NCBI GenBank assembly: GCA_030704615.1
Contig: CM060731.1
Span: forward strand, 48,670,001-48,734,000
Length of the DNA stretch: 64,000 nt
Source: Takakia lepidozioides
Taxonomy: Eukaryota; Plantae; Bryophyta
Reading direction: 5' to 3'
In this document: positions 49,561-63,740 of the stretch, piece after piece
Numbering within the stretch: position 1 is the stretch's first letter
Layout: every line of letters starts with the position of its first letter
Notes under the pieces: generated by a model
What the model was told of the DNA's origin: nothing
The model's database searches: none
The model's input: only the letters and a program-made list of their open reading frames with translations
Program-made: the position numbers and the translations under genes

Positions 49561-50053
49561 TGACAGATATTGCACTATCAAAATTGCACTATCATTCAGC
49601 AAAACAATTTATTGCAAAGTAACAATGCTGTACAGGTGGGAATAATAGGTCAAAACAACTGGGGCTATTCCTCATTAGTGAATGAAATGAATCACAGTCT
49701 ATTGAATTACATCGGCCCAATACTCAATGTGGGCTGGTATAAATTGGTGCAGCAGCGGCTACCAACCCTGCACATACATTAGTTATGTAGGTCAGAATTC
49801 CAGAAAGCCCATGATGGACTCCCGTGGAAGCAAGTGTAATACATGGTGTCACTTGACCCCGAAGGACTACCTTTATGACATCCAACACTAGTGAAATGGT
49901 ATTATGCCCCAACCAGAGGGGGATATCTATTGGATGTCGACATATATATGTATATATTATTTGGCCATTGATTCTTCTTCTTCATCTATGGCAAGAGCTG
50001 GATCTGGGAGTGTGGGCTCCCCAAGAAAGAGGGATAATGAATACATCGGCATC

Positions 50054-53000
50054 TCAGATTGAAATAGTTTTGTAAGTGGTGAATGAGTGCCTTGGGTGAG
50101 AACCAAACTGTCCATCTGCCAAGGCAAGAGAAGTGAGACATACCAGGAATTTAGGGAGCTTAAGAAGTAGCTCCGCAGTGCCATACAGAGAACCACATGC
50201 GATAGCTCCAGCCAGTGCCATGTGTGACAGCCGGCGGTTGTCTTTGTGGGGAACAAAGGCTGATTTGAGCCGATTCGTCAACTCAAAGAAGCGATATGAC
50301 ACCTGTCACCAGGTTTAGAATGATTGGCATCAGCAGATATCATTAAACAAATAAAAAATGAAGGAGGTATTACTGGCTTCCCCACCTCAAGGCCAGGGAC
50401 CAGTTTACCCAGCAACCCACTTTAGAGCTGGATTTGCTGTATGGGTGACACACAACATACACCCGTGGATTTGAACCTCTGACATTTGCAAGGCCACCCT
50501 GTTGACACTGGGCCATCTGTTGGATGCTTCCATCAGTTCTTGTATATATGGGTTTCATGCAATGGTGGAAAGACAAATCCACACTGATCAGTCTTGCAAC
50601 TAGACTTGAAGTGGTTCAAGTAGCCAACCCTCCCATGCCAGGACATCCAGCAGGCACAAATAGAAGTCCGGAGGGTCATGACAACTCCACACATAGTGAA
50701 TTTGCAGAATGTAGAGTACCATAAGTCCCAATGCAATGCAAAGATAACAGGGACAAATCTCAAATGATGGAATCTGTACCGAGACGTAGATAGCTGTAGT
50801 CAACATGAAGTTGAGCAATGGGTAATCTGGAATTAACGACAGTAGCATCTTGGGCTGCCCATTTGCCACACCAGTCCTGCATGGTCCAAACCAACCCAGA
50901 TTGCCAAAACACATTGAGCTTGGCATGCAAAGGATAGACCTACAGCCATATCAGTGAAGGAACTTCTATCGTCCCAGGGAACATGCCAGACCCTTATGGT
51001 TACACAAGTCAAATATAACGAGGGCAACAAACATGTGACAGGGCAGGATTATTAAACATCATACAACTGGAAGGGAGGTTGCAAACCTGAGCCAAATGTG
51101 GAATTGTGCGATGTACGTCTCCAGGGTTATTTTGCCTAACCATCTGCAATAACAACATGCTATTACAGACATTGACAAATGTGTGAAACATGAAGAACAC
51201 CCTCACCAGGATGTGCAAGCATGCAGCATGCCCTGTGTATAGAACAAATTACTGGTGGACCAATAGTATCAATAGGCAAGTGACAGCCTCAGAGCCTCCA
51301 AGTCCTACCTTGATATCAGTTGCTACAAGCCTTATTGCCCACCGTAATATGTAATGACAAGAAGCTCCTAATCATGCTGCCATGAGTCACATAGGGAATC
51401 TCCAGTGTTTTTGACCCTTTCAACTGTCATGCATTGCAGAAAAGGGACCAAACAAAATTCTAACTTACGCAAATAGAGTGAGAGACCAATTCCGCAATGG
51501 CTGTGTGAAATTGCGTAGTGTAATGTAGACACTGCACCCAATCCACCACACGTCTTCACAAAGAAGCCTATGCCATAGCTCTGGAGATGGCTCTATTCAA
51601 CGAAGACTTGCTAATTGAATTGCATTCAAGGATTAGGTAGTGAAGCAGCACAACATTCAGCACTTGATCAAATGCTCTCCTTCCTAAGTGTTAATAGTAC
51701 AAGAAGGTTCCATACATGAGCTGGGCCTCAAGAGTAGCAGATGGAGAGAGAGAGAGGGCATACGTCTCTATAAACCAGCAGTAACCCTACAATCCTAGAA
51801 GCCAAAACTTTGCCTTGATTGAAGATATGAATAAACTTTGTCAATAGTACAATGAAAGCTATCACTCCAATCTTGTGTGCCACCCACCCCCCTAACTACT
51901 CTCTTTGCATCTCTCAGAAAAAGATTAAGGGCAGACCACATACGTGATAGGGATCCAGGAGGTGTACGGATGCAGTTTGTTGTAGGAGACCTTGTCAAGC
52001 TTGTATATGTGCTCATACCACAAATAGCCCACCTGAAGGGATCATGCAATCTTCGTAAGCACACAGTCTCGAAGAAGTTCTTGGGGCAACTACATCTCCA
52101 GATTCTAATTGGAAATCCCCTTTCTGTCTATCTGAAAAAGAGTTCCTGCTGAGCAAATGCAATGAGCATAAATAGCTATACTTTTCGTGGTGTTGGCTTT
52201 GCCCCTTAAGCAAATTAGGAGCCCAAGCTTACAAGCAAGCTGACAGTCACAATGCTCATCTTCAGAACTGTTCTCATTCGGAGCTCCATCTCCTCCAGTT
52301 TTTCCAGCCATCTTTCCACCTGCCAAATTGTATGCATCTCCATATTGGCAATTAACCATACTCTCCAGCAAGAAAACATCTGTCATTGGGTCATGCGAGA
52401 CCCCTTAAACATGCACAAGTCGGACAGCAGTCTAGAGTACTCAACAGTGTGCCAAGCTTGTACAAGTTTATTGACCCCACATGAATGGAGTATCCTTGGG
52501 TGCATAGAAAGAAGGTGACTAAGGACTTTCAGCCATGGTGCAGGTGAAAGCTCTAAGTTTCATATTGCAGAACCTCATTCTAAGAATAGGAACCCTAAAA
52601 TCAACACTCAAACTTATCTACATGTTTGAACATATGACATGACATTTTGAAGACTTTAAGAGAACCTGCAGGGAGACTAGCATCCCAGGATAGTGTAGTG
52701 CTGAAAGCATTACAGAGAGCAAATCACATGAAGGAGCAAGATAAGACCACCCCACATTTCATTTCCATCCAGATGAATGTGAAGATACATACTGTAGGAT
52801 GAAAATATGCATATAACATGCCAATGATCCAGATGTACCGATCGAGGCCTGATCGAAAATGCCACTCATGCAGAAGGGACAGAGGTGTCTTTGCCAGAGG
52901 GTCCGAATATCCTGCAAAAATTTAAGAATATCTGAATCACTCCAAGATAACAAGAGCACTAGTGTATGATACTATAGAACAGGCCATGCAATGGCAAAGA

Positions 53001-56000
53001 GCTGCACAATAGAATGTCTTTGAGCATCTTTTGAGGATAACTCATGGGCATGTTTACAGAAGAGGTTGAGCCTCCTGTGCACTATAATAGGTAAAAGAGG
53101 GATAAGACTCCAGCAGAAGCCAGTGTAAATAAGCAGAGTACTGCCCCCTGTCGTGGATGGACTGTCCGCAAAGGGTAAAATAATTACCCTGTTCAGGAAT
53201 TATAGTGATGCATGCACCTCCTTGCTATAGCCATGGCTCCATAAATAACCTCCAATTTTGACAGGGCTGGGCCCACTTGTCAGTGCTGATGTGTAAACAC
53301 ACTATCAGGGTGGTTCAGGCCATTGAACCTTGCATTGTATCCCCTACTACCATGGTCCCAGCTATCTGTCAACAGCACTTATACTGAGCCCACTCAAAAA
53401 AGTCATAAGACTATGTAGGTTTGGTAACTGAAAGCAGAATGAGGTATGACCATACCACACCAATGACAGTTACAACATCTTTCCAGACACCACATACCTC
53501 CTCTACTGATGCTAAACTGCGGTCAAAGACATCTACTTTGCTTACAGTGATGCAAAGATCAGGAGACTTACCCATCAGAAAGGTGAGGGGGGCCCAGATG
53601 AATTCAAACATGCCAGGGATTTCCCAAACAATAATGAACACCAGGAAACACACGGCCATCTTCAAAGCAATCACAGTAGGCACCTCATTGTACTTGTGAA
53701 AGATTCCAAGAGCACCGTACACCATGAGAGTGAACAGAGTGTGCATGGGGCATATGTAATACAGCATGTAGTCGTTGTTTAGCACAATACAGCAAAAGAA
53801 CACCAGAAAGTTCAGCCGCCACATCATCTGTTTACACACCCAAATTCCGACTAATTTAGCACCGATGGCAAAAAGATATAACAAAATTGAATGTGCAGTG
53901 CCTTAGGTGGTAAGAACCTTGCTAGAGCCAATGGGGGGCTGCCTGGTAAGGAGCATATGTACATTATCATCACAATGGTACTTTCTGATAGCTCTGTTGA
54001 CAGGTTTCATACGTTTCCCTGCCACTCATTTAAGCTTAACAAACTAGAAGAAGAGCAGTGATGCAACCATGTTGTTCATAGAACTCCTTCCATGATTATG
54101 GATTATTAATCCCATAGGGGACAGGACATGTCCATTTCTAGGTGTGAGGGCATAGCAAAACATATTGCGCATTTGTCCACTAGGCATGATCTGCTCATGA
54201 ACAGGCTTATGTTGATTTGAACCAAGGACACACCTAAGTGTGGCCTCAGTTATCTTACAAATGAGCTATCTGCTGGAAGCATTTGACCAGCAAGTCTCAT
54301 CATTGTACCCTAGAAAACTACAGTACTTGGGAGGACTATTGGTGTCAAGGTAGCTTTTAACTGCACTGACTAGCTTAGGGTGCATTCCAACCTAGGGAAA
54401 CAAGCTGGATCATGAAACATAGTTCACCTGTGCAAACCGGCCGAGGCTAAAGTCTTTGCGAATGTAATAGTAGGAGAAGTTGCCAAAGCCAGTCATCCAA
54501 ACATAGGCAGCTATGAATACTCGAATGGCATTGTAAAACTCTCTCGCATTGAAGTAGTGATACATCAAGAAAAGGACCTGCCATTGTAACAGCAAACCAC
54601 AAATGGTTCAGAAATGTCACTGACTGTAGTAGAAGCAAGTTAAGGAGGATTGCTACTGGTATACAACAATCGAGAGGCTTGCACTAATTTCTAGGCTACA
54701 GTGCTTGACCTCCTTGTCAGCTTGTAGAAATGCAGAGAATTTTGTATAGACTCATCAGGGGAAAAAACCTTTTGGGAAGAAAAGTATAGACTTGTTTTAA
54801 TGGGGATTAGCATGGAGCCAAAGACTTTAAGTATGACCATAGTGCTTTCCCACACCTACAAAGTTATTGTTGACATAGACCTACAACTTTGACACCTGGA
54901 GGGACTGAGAACAAATACCTGCATCCATCCCTTCCACTCTTCAGTTTGATGTCTGTTGAGGTAAAGAATAGATTTGCCTGATGCCACAGTCTTCTCGATA
55001 TGTTTTTTTAATGATGTTACTCCTGACACTAAGATGAGCAGCAAGTAGAGGAACAAAAATAGATCCCGGTCGTAATTCTGCACCACAACTCAATCTGGTC
55101 AGACAGTTGTAAGCTCAATAGAATACTGCAAGTATGGTCCCCCAACTTTCATTGGTGCCAAAGCCCTTCCTGCAGGATTTTACAGGAGCAAACATACTCA
55201 GAAACCCCGCCAAGAATAATTTGAAGAGCTAGGTGCACAAAGAACTCCTCATTCAGAGCTTCTGTGATGCAAAACCGCAACAAATCAATAGATGTTCTCA
55301 GTAAATTTTGAGAGCATGGAAATTAAAGAAGATGATCAGGAACTGAAAGACACTCAAATGACCATTATGGATACAAGTTTCGCAAGGAGTATAGTTACAA
55401 TCAGACTGTACCTTTTTAGATCCACCAAAAATGCCAGTTCGGTCACACATGTAGAAGTAGCAGAGGAGGCCAGAAAATTCAGCACTGCAATCCAGCCATT
55501 GCTCTCCTATCAGCATATTGCAATGGACATGAATTTGACAAGGTCCTTCAGATGTATCTGTCCCTCACGAACAACAGACCGCACGGTGTTTCGACCCGGA
55601 GTTGATGTGTCCCTCACAGGCTCCATAAGGAAATGTAAACAGAACCCTGGAGACTCTCTTACTATCACTCTCTTCTTCAGATCAATTGTCTGTTCCAAGG
55701 TAAGTCATACTACCAGGTATCAGCCCTGACAAAGGTAGTTTCTGTCCCTTTGGGTTCACAAGGCCACAAGGCTACGGCAAACAACGTCTTATGAGTACAT
55801 TCTTTCTGTGGATAAGGCCGGCCTTGGAGTACGCATCTGCTGTGTGGGTATACAACTCCAACCATGCTAAATCCCTAAAATCCATTCAGGCCGCGGTGCA
55901 AATGACATGCCTAATACCTGATACCCTAAGATAATCAAATCTATTTCTTAGAAGTAAGACCATCACGTTAAACAGGCCAAGTCTTGGCAGAAAAAGGTAG

Positions 56001-58857
56001 ATGAGATTTTCAAGTATATGAATATCAGTCCTGATGAATTGACCCTACTGGATGAAGCTGCCCTGGAGGGGGTTGTGTCCAAAGCAATGTCTGATGCCCA
56101 AAGACTGTCTGCTGAAAATGAATTTAGGCATAAAACTTCGCTGAACTTGCTTCCAGTCTGTGACATGGGCAAGGACCTTAAGGATGATCTCAAGGGCCTA
56201 GCTACCTTTGGCACTAGACTAAATTTAAACTCAGGGCGGGAAGCCTACCTTTGAACAATAAAAAGATGCAGAGAGGAAGAAGAGATTGTAATTGCCCAAT
56301 ATGCAGGCAATCTGAAGACAATATACATTGTCCGGGATATTCTCACCAGAGAGTGACCCTCTTCAGGACAATCAAGAACATTGTCTCGGAACCTCTGTTT
56401 ACTAACAACTAGTTTGGGCTTTTCCAGATATCCTCTAGGAAGCCCTTCACACAAGCATCAATCTGCTGTATGTGAACAGCCCAAAAGTTAGACCCCACCA
56501 GGGCCAGGGCTTAAGGCTCAGCCTTGACACTCTGGAAAACCCGAACTAATTGTTTGTATAAAGGTAAGTCACTACCAGAGTGAGCCCCTCACAAAGGAAG
56601 TTTATATTCCCTTTTGTGCCGCCCAAACTGGGCACGGGGTCTATGGCAACAAGGCTACGGCAAACAACATCTTATGAGTACATTCTCTCTTTGAGTTTGC
56701 ATGAGGACAAATGCCTTAATGGCAGTTGCGGGAAAATGTTTCCCGCAGGGTTGATGGCCGTAAGGCTATGGCAAGCCAACATTCGCAGGGAAGAGCATGA
56801 GTACATCTTCTCTCACTCACTGTGCTGGTCAACTTGCTGTGTCAGAAGACTTTGCACAGCAATGTAGACTGCAGGTGGACTAGCTGAAACAAAGATTAGT
56901 CTTCAACACAACGATGGTCAACACAACCACTGACTGTTCGGCACGGGTCAAGAGGTCTGCAACAAAAACTCCTACATATATCTCTTGAAATGCTCATCCA
57001 TCTATCCCACACAATGTGACATCATGAATCAAACAAAGGTGCAGCATTGTCACCCTGACTGTGAGGCCAATGCCAACATGAGGAAATGGCTATTTAGCTT
57101 GGTCCTAATGGTGGAAGACAAACGATCGAGCCATTAAGTCTCTTCCTGAGCATGATGCTCATAAGAGAGCACTGCATCATTGCAAGTTATAAATAAGGTA
57201 AAGAGCAGATAACATACATGGCTCTCAAAGTGAGGCGATTGTCAATAAGGAAGGCCTCGTCCAAGGTGAAAAACCTGCACATTCACAAAGAAAATCATTG
57301 AATTCAGTGAAATTTCGCCCTCATCCTTTGTGCCTGCACAGGAAATTAATAACCTATCTGTTATTTTGTGAAGATTTGCCACCATAATCAAGTGGTTCAA
57401 GATTTGCATGGAGAGCAGTGATGCGTGTTTAGAAGTTTCTATGAATTACTATCAAGATTCCACAAACCTTTGCCAGATTGGGTTTGGCCAAATGCAATAC
57501 TACAGCGGTAGTTCACTTTTTTCAGGAGAGAGACACATACTTGTAAAGTTGAGATTGAACTGAGGAGGTTCCTCCCTTAATATTGGCTACAAGGGGAAGG
57601 CCACCCTCCAGAAGCACAGCTTTCTCTTCATCTATTGTTGACCCAACAACCAACTCCTTGAGATTGACATCTGAGTGCCTGCATCCATCAAGCCCTATGG
57701 GAACCAGTCAAAATCAGCTCATTTCACCGATGCTGTGGGCTGTATGATTTTTGACTGCTCTGTGGTGCACACAATGCAGGAAGACAGGAAGGAAGGAGGC
57801 ACTTGGCCTCTCACCATCAGGTTATAATATGTGAGGATACCCTGCTTGAAAACTCAGACAACTTGATCTGGCCAGCAAATGCATTTTCTTGCAAGTTTCA
57901 GCAGCAGGGTCAGATCAACGTACACTTTGGAGGGAATCCGATGCCTCTTGAACTCTAGGATCTCAGAGTAGACCCAAGCAGTTATCAGGGGCATCATCCC
58001 CATAAAGAAAGCCACCTGCTCATTGCACCCAATCATGTGCAGGTTGGAGACATTTCAGTCATTTGACAAGAGACATTGAATGCCTCTCACAGATATGAAC
58101 AACTGTCAATGTGTAAAACGTGATAAATTGAAAACAGCAGCAGCATCCCCCAAAAACTCATCATTGTATGTGGAAATACAGCCCAAAGAATCCAGTGAGA
58201 CCTCACTTTATTTTGAAAGCCCTTGCATTCATCTTGGATTGAAAGCACAAATGAATTGTCGCGCAACGCCCACATAGCAGGCATTGATGACAATCTACTC
58301 AAAGGTTGACTGCATATTCTAGGGACAAGAAATGTTGATACATTGTGGGGTTTCTACACTGCCTGTAAAGAGTGAACATTCAAACACTAGTTATTTCCAA
58401 AATTCATAATTATAAGGAAGATGACTTTGCAATCTGATCACCCTCCGATTACATACGCCCCAGCGACTACCAAGTTGAAGTGATCTTAGAAGAACAAAGT
58501 CTATGTGGTGTGACCTCAATGGCTGCATGATAGCATTGGGCCAGGGGTGAACAAATCGGCGATCATATCTTCAAGAGATTGTGTGAGGGACTTGCACTGA
58601 ATTCTGTTGATGGAGACCTACCGGAGGCAGTATCGCCTCTTCTCTTTCGATTGGCTAAGGATTCACAGCAGGTTCATTTATTCTGTCTCTGCACCTGTAT
58701 CTGGGTGTCTATCTTCGATCGGGAGCGGACGTTATGACCACACGACCGCGGAAAGGACAATCCATACACGCATCTCTCTAACTCTCTCTCTCTCTCTCCA
58801 GAAAACAAGAATGCAGGAGACGTGAACCTGGCAGGCTGGCAAAACATCCATATCCAT
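50054..58857 (-). CDS. RWA: REDUCED WALL ACETYLATION (Cas1p/CASD1-like O-acetyltransferase family), about 15 exons
   Basis: Spliced exons give [118 protein letters not shown] and [10 protein letters not shown]. The predicted first exon is 58857-58828. The exact C-terminus is uncertain (possible donor at 50143). Confidence 0.95.
55680..56815 (+). mobile_element. Intronic copies of the same LINE family as 17256-21010, plus a partner short element
   Basis: Tails CTTATGAGTACATTCT occur at about 55790 and 56672, and LEYASAVW is present. An internal inversion lies at about 56410-56530. Positions 56715-56815 match 19356-19440 (minus strand). Confidence 0.85.
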
Positions 58858-60149
58858 TGCTGAAGCTCCTCCGCTCGGAATGTGCAATGGCCCTGCCCGT
58901 GTATTGTGTACCGTCGTAAGAGTAACAATCTTCTGTCTTCACATCTGCCTCCAAATGCAATAAAAGATTCACTTATTCACATCAATATGTCAAAATCGCA
59001 TGCCCCAAGATCGCATGCATCATAGCCCACGCTGCAGACTGGAATGCTTTGTGTTGATCAGGACCCGAATTTCCTCGAAACCTGACTGACACTTCAAATC
59101 TTCTCATACCGCTCAGCTTCCAGACACTGCAAGCTGAGTGCTCCCGGTGACACGCAGCAACAGCACTGGGCCCTCGATCGCCGATCAAAGCTTTCCATAG
59201 AGCCACACATCCAAGTGTGTACAATGCAAAGGCAGACACCAGTCAGACTACTCCGGGGGGAGAAGAAGTCCGAGAAATCACATTCATTCCCACTCAAACT
59301 CTCTCCCAGACTCTCCGGACGAAGAAGAAGACTGCTACCACGCCAAGCCGTCAAAACAACATCAAACCATAGTTTTCCCTTAACAGCAGGAACGACACAG
59401 CCAATGAGTGTCAGACGATGCGGATCTTTCTTATCCCGGTGCAAAAGGCATGGATCACACCAACACAAGATCCCTAACAATCAGAGCAAAGATCACAGAG
59501 CGCGTAATGCCTCGCAGCAAGAGCGCAGATCACATCCTCCACGCTGCCCTCGCTGCACACACATCACAACACTCCCCCCTCCCTCTCCTCTCTCTCTCTC
59601 AAGAGGATGGGATGATTGCTCGATGAATCTCCAGTTCAGGCATTTGTTCATCTCCCCTCCTCTTTATTCATTCATCCATCCCTCGCATATATCTAGGGGA
59701 ATCTCCGTGTTTTTTTTTCTGGCAAAAAATCGCCAGTCGGTCAGCTACTTGTACAAAGGAATTATGGGGGGTAAAATCCCAGATTTTCGCCAACAAGCAC
59801 CAGTAGAGAAATTTCAGGAGCTTTACTATTGACGACGTGGACCAATTAAAAGATGCCGCTTGGAATTTAGCTACTTTTCTAGCTCTGTCAACTCGATATT
59901 CTCGCCACATGGGCACTGGGGAGAATTCCCGCCAGCGATTTTGGAAATACGAGAAGAAAAACAGTGACGACGCATGACCTTGACATTCGATCATGCGCGA
60001 TACCTAAGTTTATATATATAAATCGGAACTATATATATTTATTTTATTTTATTTTAAAATAAATAACAGGGACGGAGCCCTGAGAACTTTATTAAATGAT
60101 TATTTAAGGGAAAAATATTTTTATATATTAGTTTTATGTATTGTATCCT

Positions 60150-60398
60150 TCCGAAGTAAAGAGACGTCCCCTCCATTTCTCATTCAAGTGGATGAATAGA
60201 GAACATCTTGGGGCTCTCATCCGCATGGATGACAAAGGGCGCCCGGGATGAACTAATTCTCTGAATTTTGTATCCTGTATTATCCATCCGAAGTAAAGAG
60301 ACGTCCCCTCCATTTCTCATTTAAGTGGATGAATAGAGATGTCTTGGGGCCCGCATCCGCGTGGATGACAAAGGCAGCCCGGGATGAAATAATTCTCT
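60150..60398 (+). repeat. Diverged tandem duplication of about 137 bp in the RWA/CTF4 divergent intergenic region
   Basis: CCGAAGTAAAGAGACGTCCCCTCCATTTCTCATT occurs at 60151 and 60288. The region is GGATGA-rich. Confidence 0.85.
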
Positions 60399-60614
60399 TA
60401 CTTTGACTCGGTGAATGAGAAATTTACAAGTGGCTTCACACAAGGGGTGCAATCATTGTGGGGATGGATGAACGTATGGAGGAATGAATGTTTTAACGTG
60501 TTTTATGTTGGAACGACCTCGGATTAGAGACACTTCGGGAGCATGAGGGGATGCATGTGATGATCGATGGCCATCATGGATGGCCATGCATGTAGACATT
60601 CAAAGGCTGCAAGG

Positions 60615-60622
60615 TTTCCCGC
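60615..60622 (+). promoter_or_regulatory. E2F consensus site (plus a reverse CCAAT near 60661)
   Basis: TTTCCCGC lies about 210 bp upstream of the ATG of a DNA-replication gene. Confidence 0.6.
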
Positions 60623-60829
60623 CATGGCGCTCCCTCGTCTCGGCCGTTCTCTCGCGGTTGATTGGAGTTGCCTGCACTCAGATCGGAGGCGACGAGTCAT
60701 TCGATCAGAAACAGCCTAGTGCTCATCGAAGTTGCAGAGGGGGCTTCAAATCTAGTTTTCGTTCTCTTTCCTGTGTAGGTGAGGAGTAGGTGGAGATTTT
60801 TTCCTCTGGTTTTCTGCTGTTGTTCCGAA

Positions 60830-63740
60830 ATGGCATCACAGTCGGCTTCTGTAGGGGTAGATAGTGCAAGATTACGGCACAAGCTCGATGAGTGGAGTGA
60901 CGATGACGACGATGGTAGGGATCCAGCGCCTGACATACCGGCCTCTGCACCTCAGGCCAGCAGCAGGGAGCCTAGTCCTTTTCCAAGCATACCTGAACGA
61001 AAACGATCAATAGCAGCCTGCCTGGATAGTGATGAGGAGGACACCTTCCCAATTGCCAAAGGGTGTCGTACGGGGGACCCCGCCTCTCCGTCTAGAGCTC
61101 AGCCTCATTCAAAGGCGAAGATACCAAAATGGCAGAAAGAGAATGGTACCTCTCCCAGGGTTCATAGCCCGTCCCCTGACACTTGTGTTTTGAAGGCAGG
61201 CCCAGTAACAGCCATGCAGAGCCCAATACAGCCTGGATGTACTCAGCTCAACTCGGGGAAGCGTTTCCTGGCCTACAACATGCTGGGGAGCATCAGCAGT
61301 TCTGAAACTGCGGGGATATCGCATGTAGAGGTGTTGAACTCACCTTCATCTGCCTGAATTGTTGAGCAAATTGTGGCCGGTGATTGTGGAATTACCAGTG
61401 CATTCCGATCTGTTATTATGCTGCCCTAATCATGCATTTTTATGTGTAGGTGGACTTCCATGATACAAGTCGAGGTTTGCGTGTGCCTGCCATGACAGAC
61501 TATTTCGGATTTACTATGGCTGCTATGAATGACAAAGGAAGTGTGTATGCAAATCCACAAAGAGGAGAAAAAAATCCAAGCACCATTATGTACCGTCCGT
61601 TCAACAGCTGGACCAACAATAGTGAGGTTTGGCATGGACCTCCCTCTATCCACTTGTTGCTAAGTCCACGGTTGGATACTTTCCTATAATCACAATGCCC
61701 AAATTCTTTGCACCACGTCAAGTACGCTTTGAGCTAGCGCTTGTCAAGCGAGTCCCGTGTTCATGTTCAGTGCATCTACTACTACGACAGTGCTTAATGA
61801 GATAATAGGCTGGTACTAGAAAAAACTCAGTGATTTACGAATGGGTGTCGTGCAGTGGTCGATGCGGTTTCCTGTTGAAGAGGAGGTCAAGGCAGTGGCA
61901 ATTGGCAATGGTTGGGCTGCAGCAGCTACTGGTCTTCATTTTCTTCGAGTTTACTCTGAAGCTGGCTTGCAGGTATGACATTTCGCATTCTAACAACTGA
62001 GAAATCCTGTCCATCTATGTCCTTTTCCATATTTTTGTGGCTTTCGGTCTGCAAGGAGATTGGCTGCCTCACCTCAAAATTCCTGTTTTTGCAGCTACAC
62101 GTTTGCAATTCTGACTTGCCCAGCAAGATAAGCCCCAGTACATCCATAGCTTGCCTTAGCCCTTCCCCATGTGAATTTGTTAGAAAGTGGAAGTGGTGTC
62201 ACAAAGTCACATTGCCTAATAAAACTTGAATGGCCTTGCAGAGATTTGTTTTATCTTTGGCAGGTCCAATTGTAGTACTAGCAGGCCATGAGCAGCAATT
62301 GGCCGTAGTCACTCATGCCTCCAACCCCCTACCTTCTGGTGACCAGGTACCTCACACATATTCCTCCCACCGAGTTTATTTGAACTGGTTTCTTTTGGAT
62401 CGTTCATTTTTCCAGTGGAGATCAGATTTTGGGGCAAGGACAGCTTAGTAATGTGATCAATTTTCAGGTTAATGTGAACCTGTTCTCAAGTTTATCAGCT
62501 CATCAATGGACAGCACTTTGGGTTTTGCCTGGTCGTTGATGCTTTCTTAGTAATACTGTAGGAGAACTGTCAGTCCAGCATAGCTTGACAACTTATGTTT
62601 CATCACATAGCAAGTGTACTGTTCCCAAAGATCTAGCATTTTTGAGCAATCTGAGTGCATTCGATTTGACAAGCTGTTTCTCAACTATGGAGCTTTTATC
62701 CTTAGGATTTGTACTGGTTACAGCGCTGCAGCTCATGAGTAAGTCAAAATTCTAGCATTACGAAGGCGAGATGCCTGCCTTGAGGACTACAGTGCAGGTT
62801 GTCAACTTGAGCCTCTATTTTTGCAGCAAATTTTAAATCATGGCTCGTCAAGCGGGAGCTTGAGGTGACATCATTTACTCATTCAATTTTGGGAATCTGT
62901 GAGACTAGGTTCTGGAATTTATGGTGCTGGATGTGAGGGAACAAAGGCGAACCTTAGCTGGGCGGCTCCCATTAAGCCCTGGGGCTACCCTGGCATGGCT
63001 TGGCTTCAGCGAAATGGGCTGTCTGAGTGTGTACGATTCGCTGGTATGGACACCTACCCTTCCCTTTGCGTGTGAAATTTATTCAATGCATTCTTTCCCT
63101 ATAGTGTTGTGGAAGACACCACCTGCCTCCATGCTTGCATTGCCATCTTATTTTTATGCTCAGCCGCCTATTGCTTTGGCGAACCTCTCACTGAGGGCCA
63201 AGAGTTTCACACTGTGTCTGTTTACTGGTGGATGTATGTCAGGGTGTGCTTCGGGTCTACAGTGACGAATACAATGGCTGCTGGATCCCTCTCTTCAGGT
63301 GAGTCTGTATCTGGATTACCTGTCAACCTGCTACTTCCAGATTGAGGAGTGTGGGCAAACAACAAGGGTTGTACATAATTGGAGTGATCACTTACTGGGG
63401 ATCAGTTTTCCTACAGTAGTGGCTACTGGGGAAGAATTACTGGGATGGCTAGCTGTAACAAGCCTGCAGATCTTGATACCCATGTACCAGACTGCTCCCA
63501 AATAAACAAGACTACAACTATCCCCTCTCAGAGATCTGTAAATGCATATCCAAGAAGCCTTTGTCACACACCACCATGTAGGACACTGCTTGTGCCCCTA
63601 TAAAGCTTGTCTCTGTGTGGGAGATGATTTGCAGTTCTGCGGCAGAGAGGAAAGGAGACAACAAAAGCTTTTGGGTGGTAGGCCTAAACAACACCCAGGT
63701 CTTCTGTGTTGTGTGCAAGGCACCCGATGTTGAACCACAG
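60830..63740 (+). CDS. CTF4: CTF4/AND-1/WDHD1-like protein, SepB (Mcl1_mid) domain; the gene runs off the window
   Basis: Exons 60830-61330, 61450-61626, 61856-61972, 62242-62346, 62909-63043, 63243-63298 and 63635-63740 splice in frame. They read QPGCT..KRFLAYNMLG, VDFHD, MTDYFGFTMA, YRPFNSWTNNSEW, LAWLGFSE..L..YDS.GVLR and FWVVGL. Confidence 0.9.

Noticed and set aside
59215-59832. 205-aa plus-strand ORF
   Set aside because: It is antisense to the probable RWA 5' UTR and promoter, low in complexity, and has no recognisable domain.
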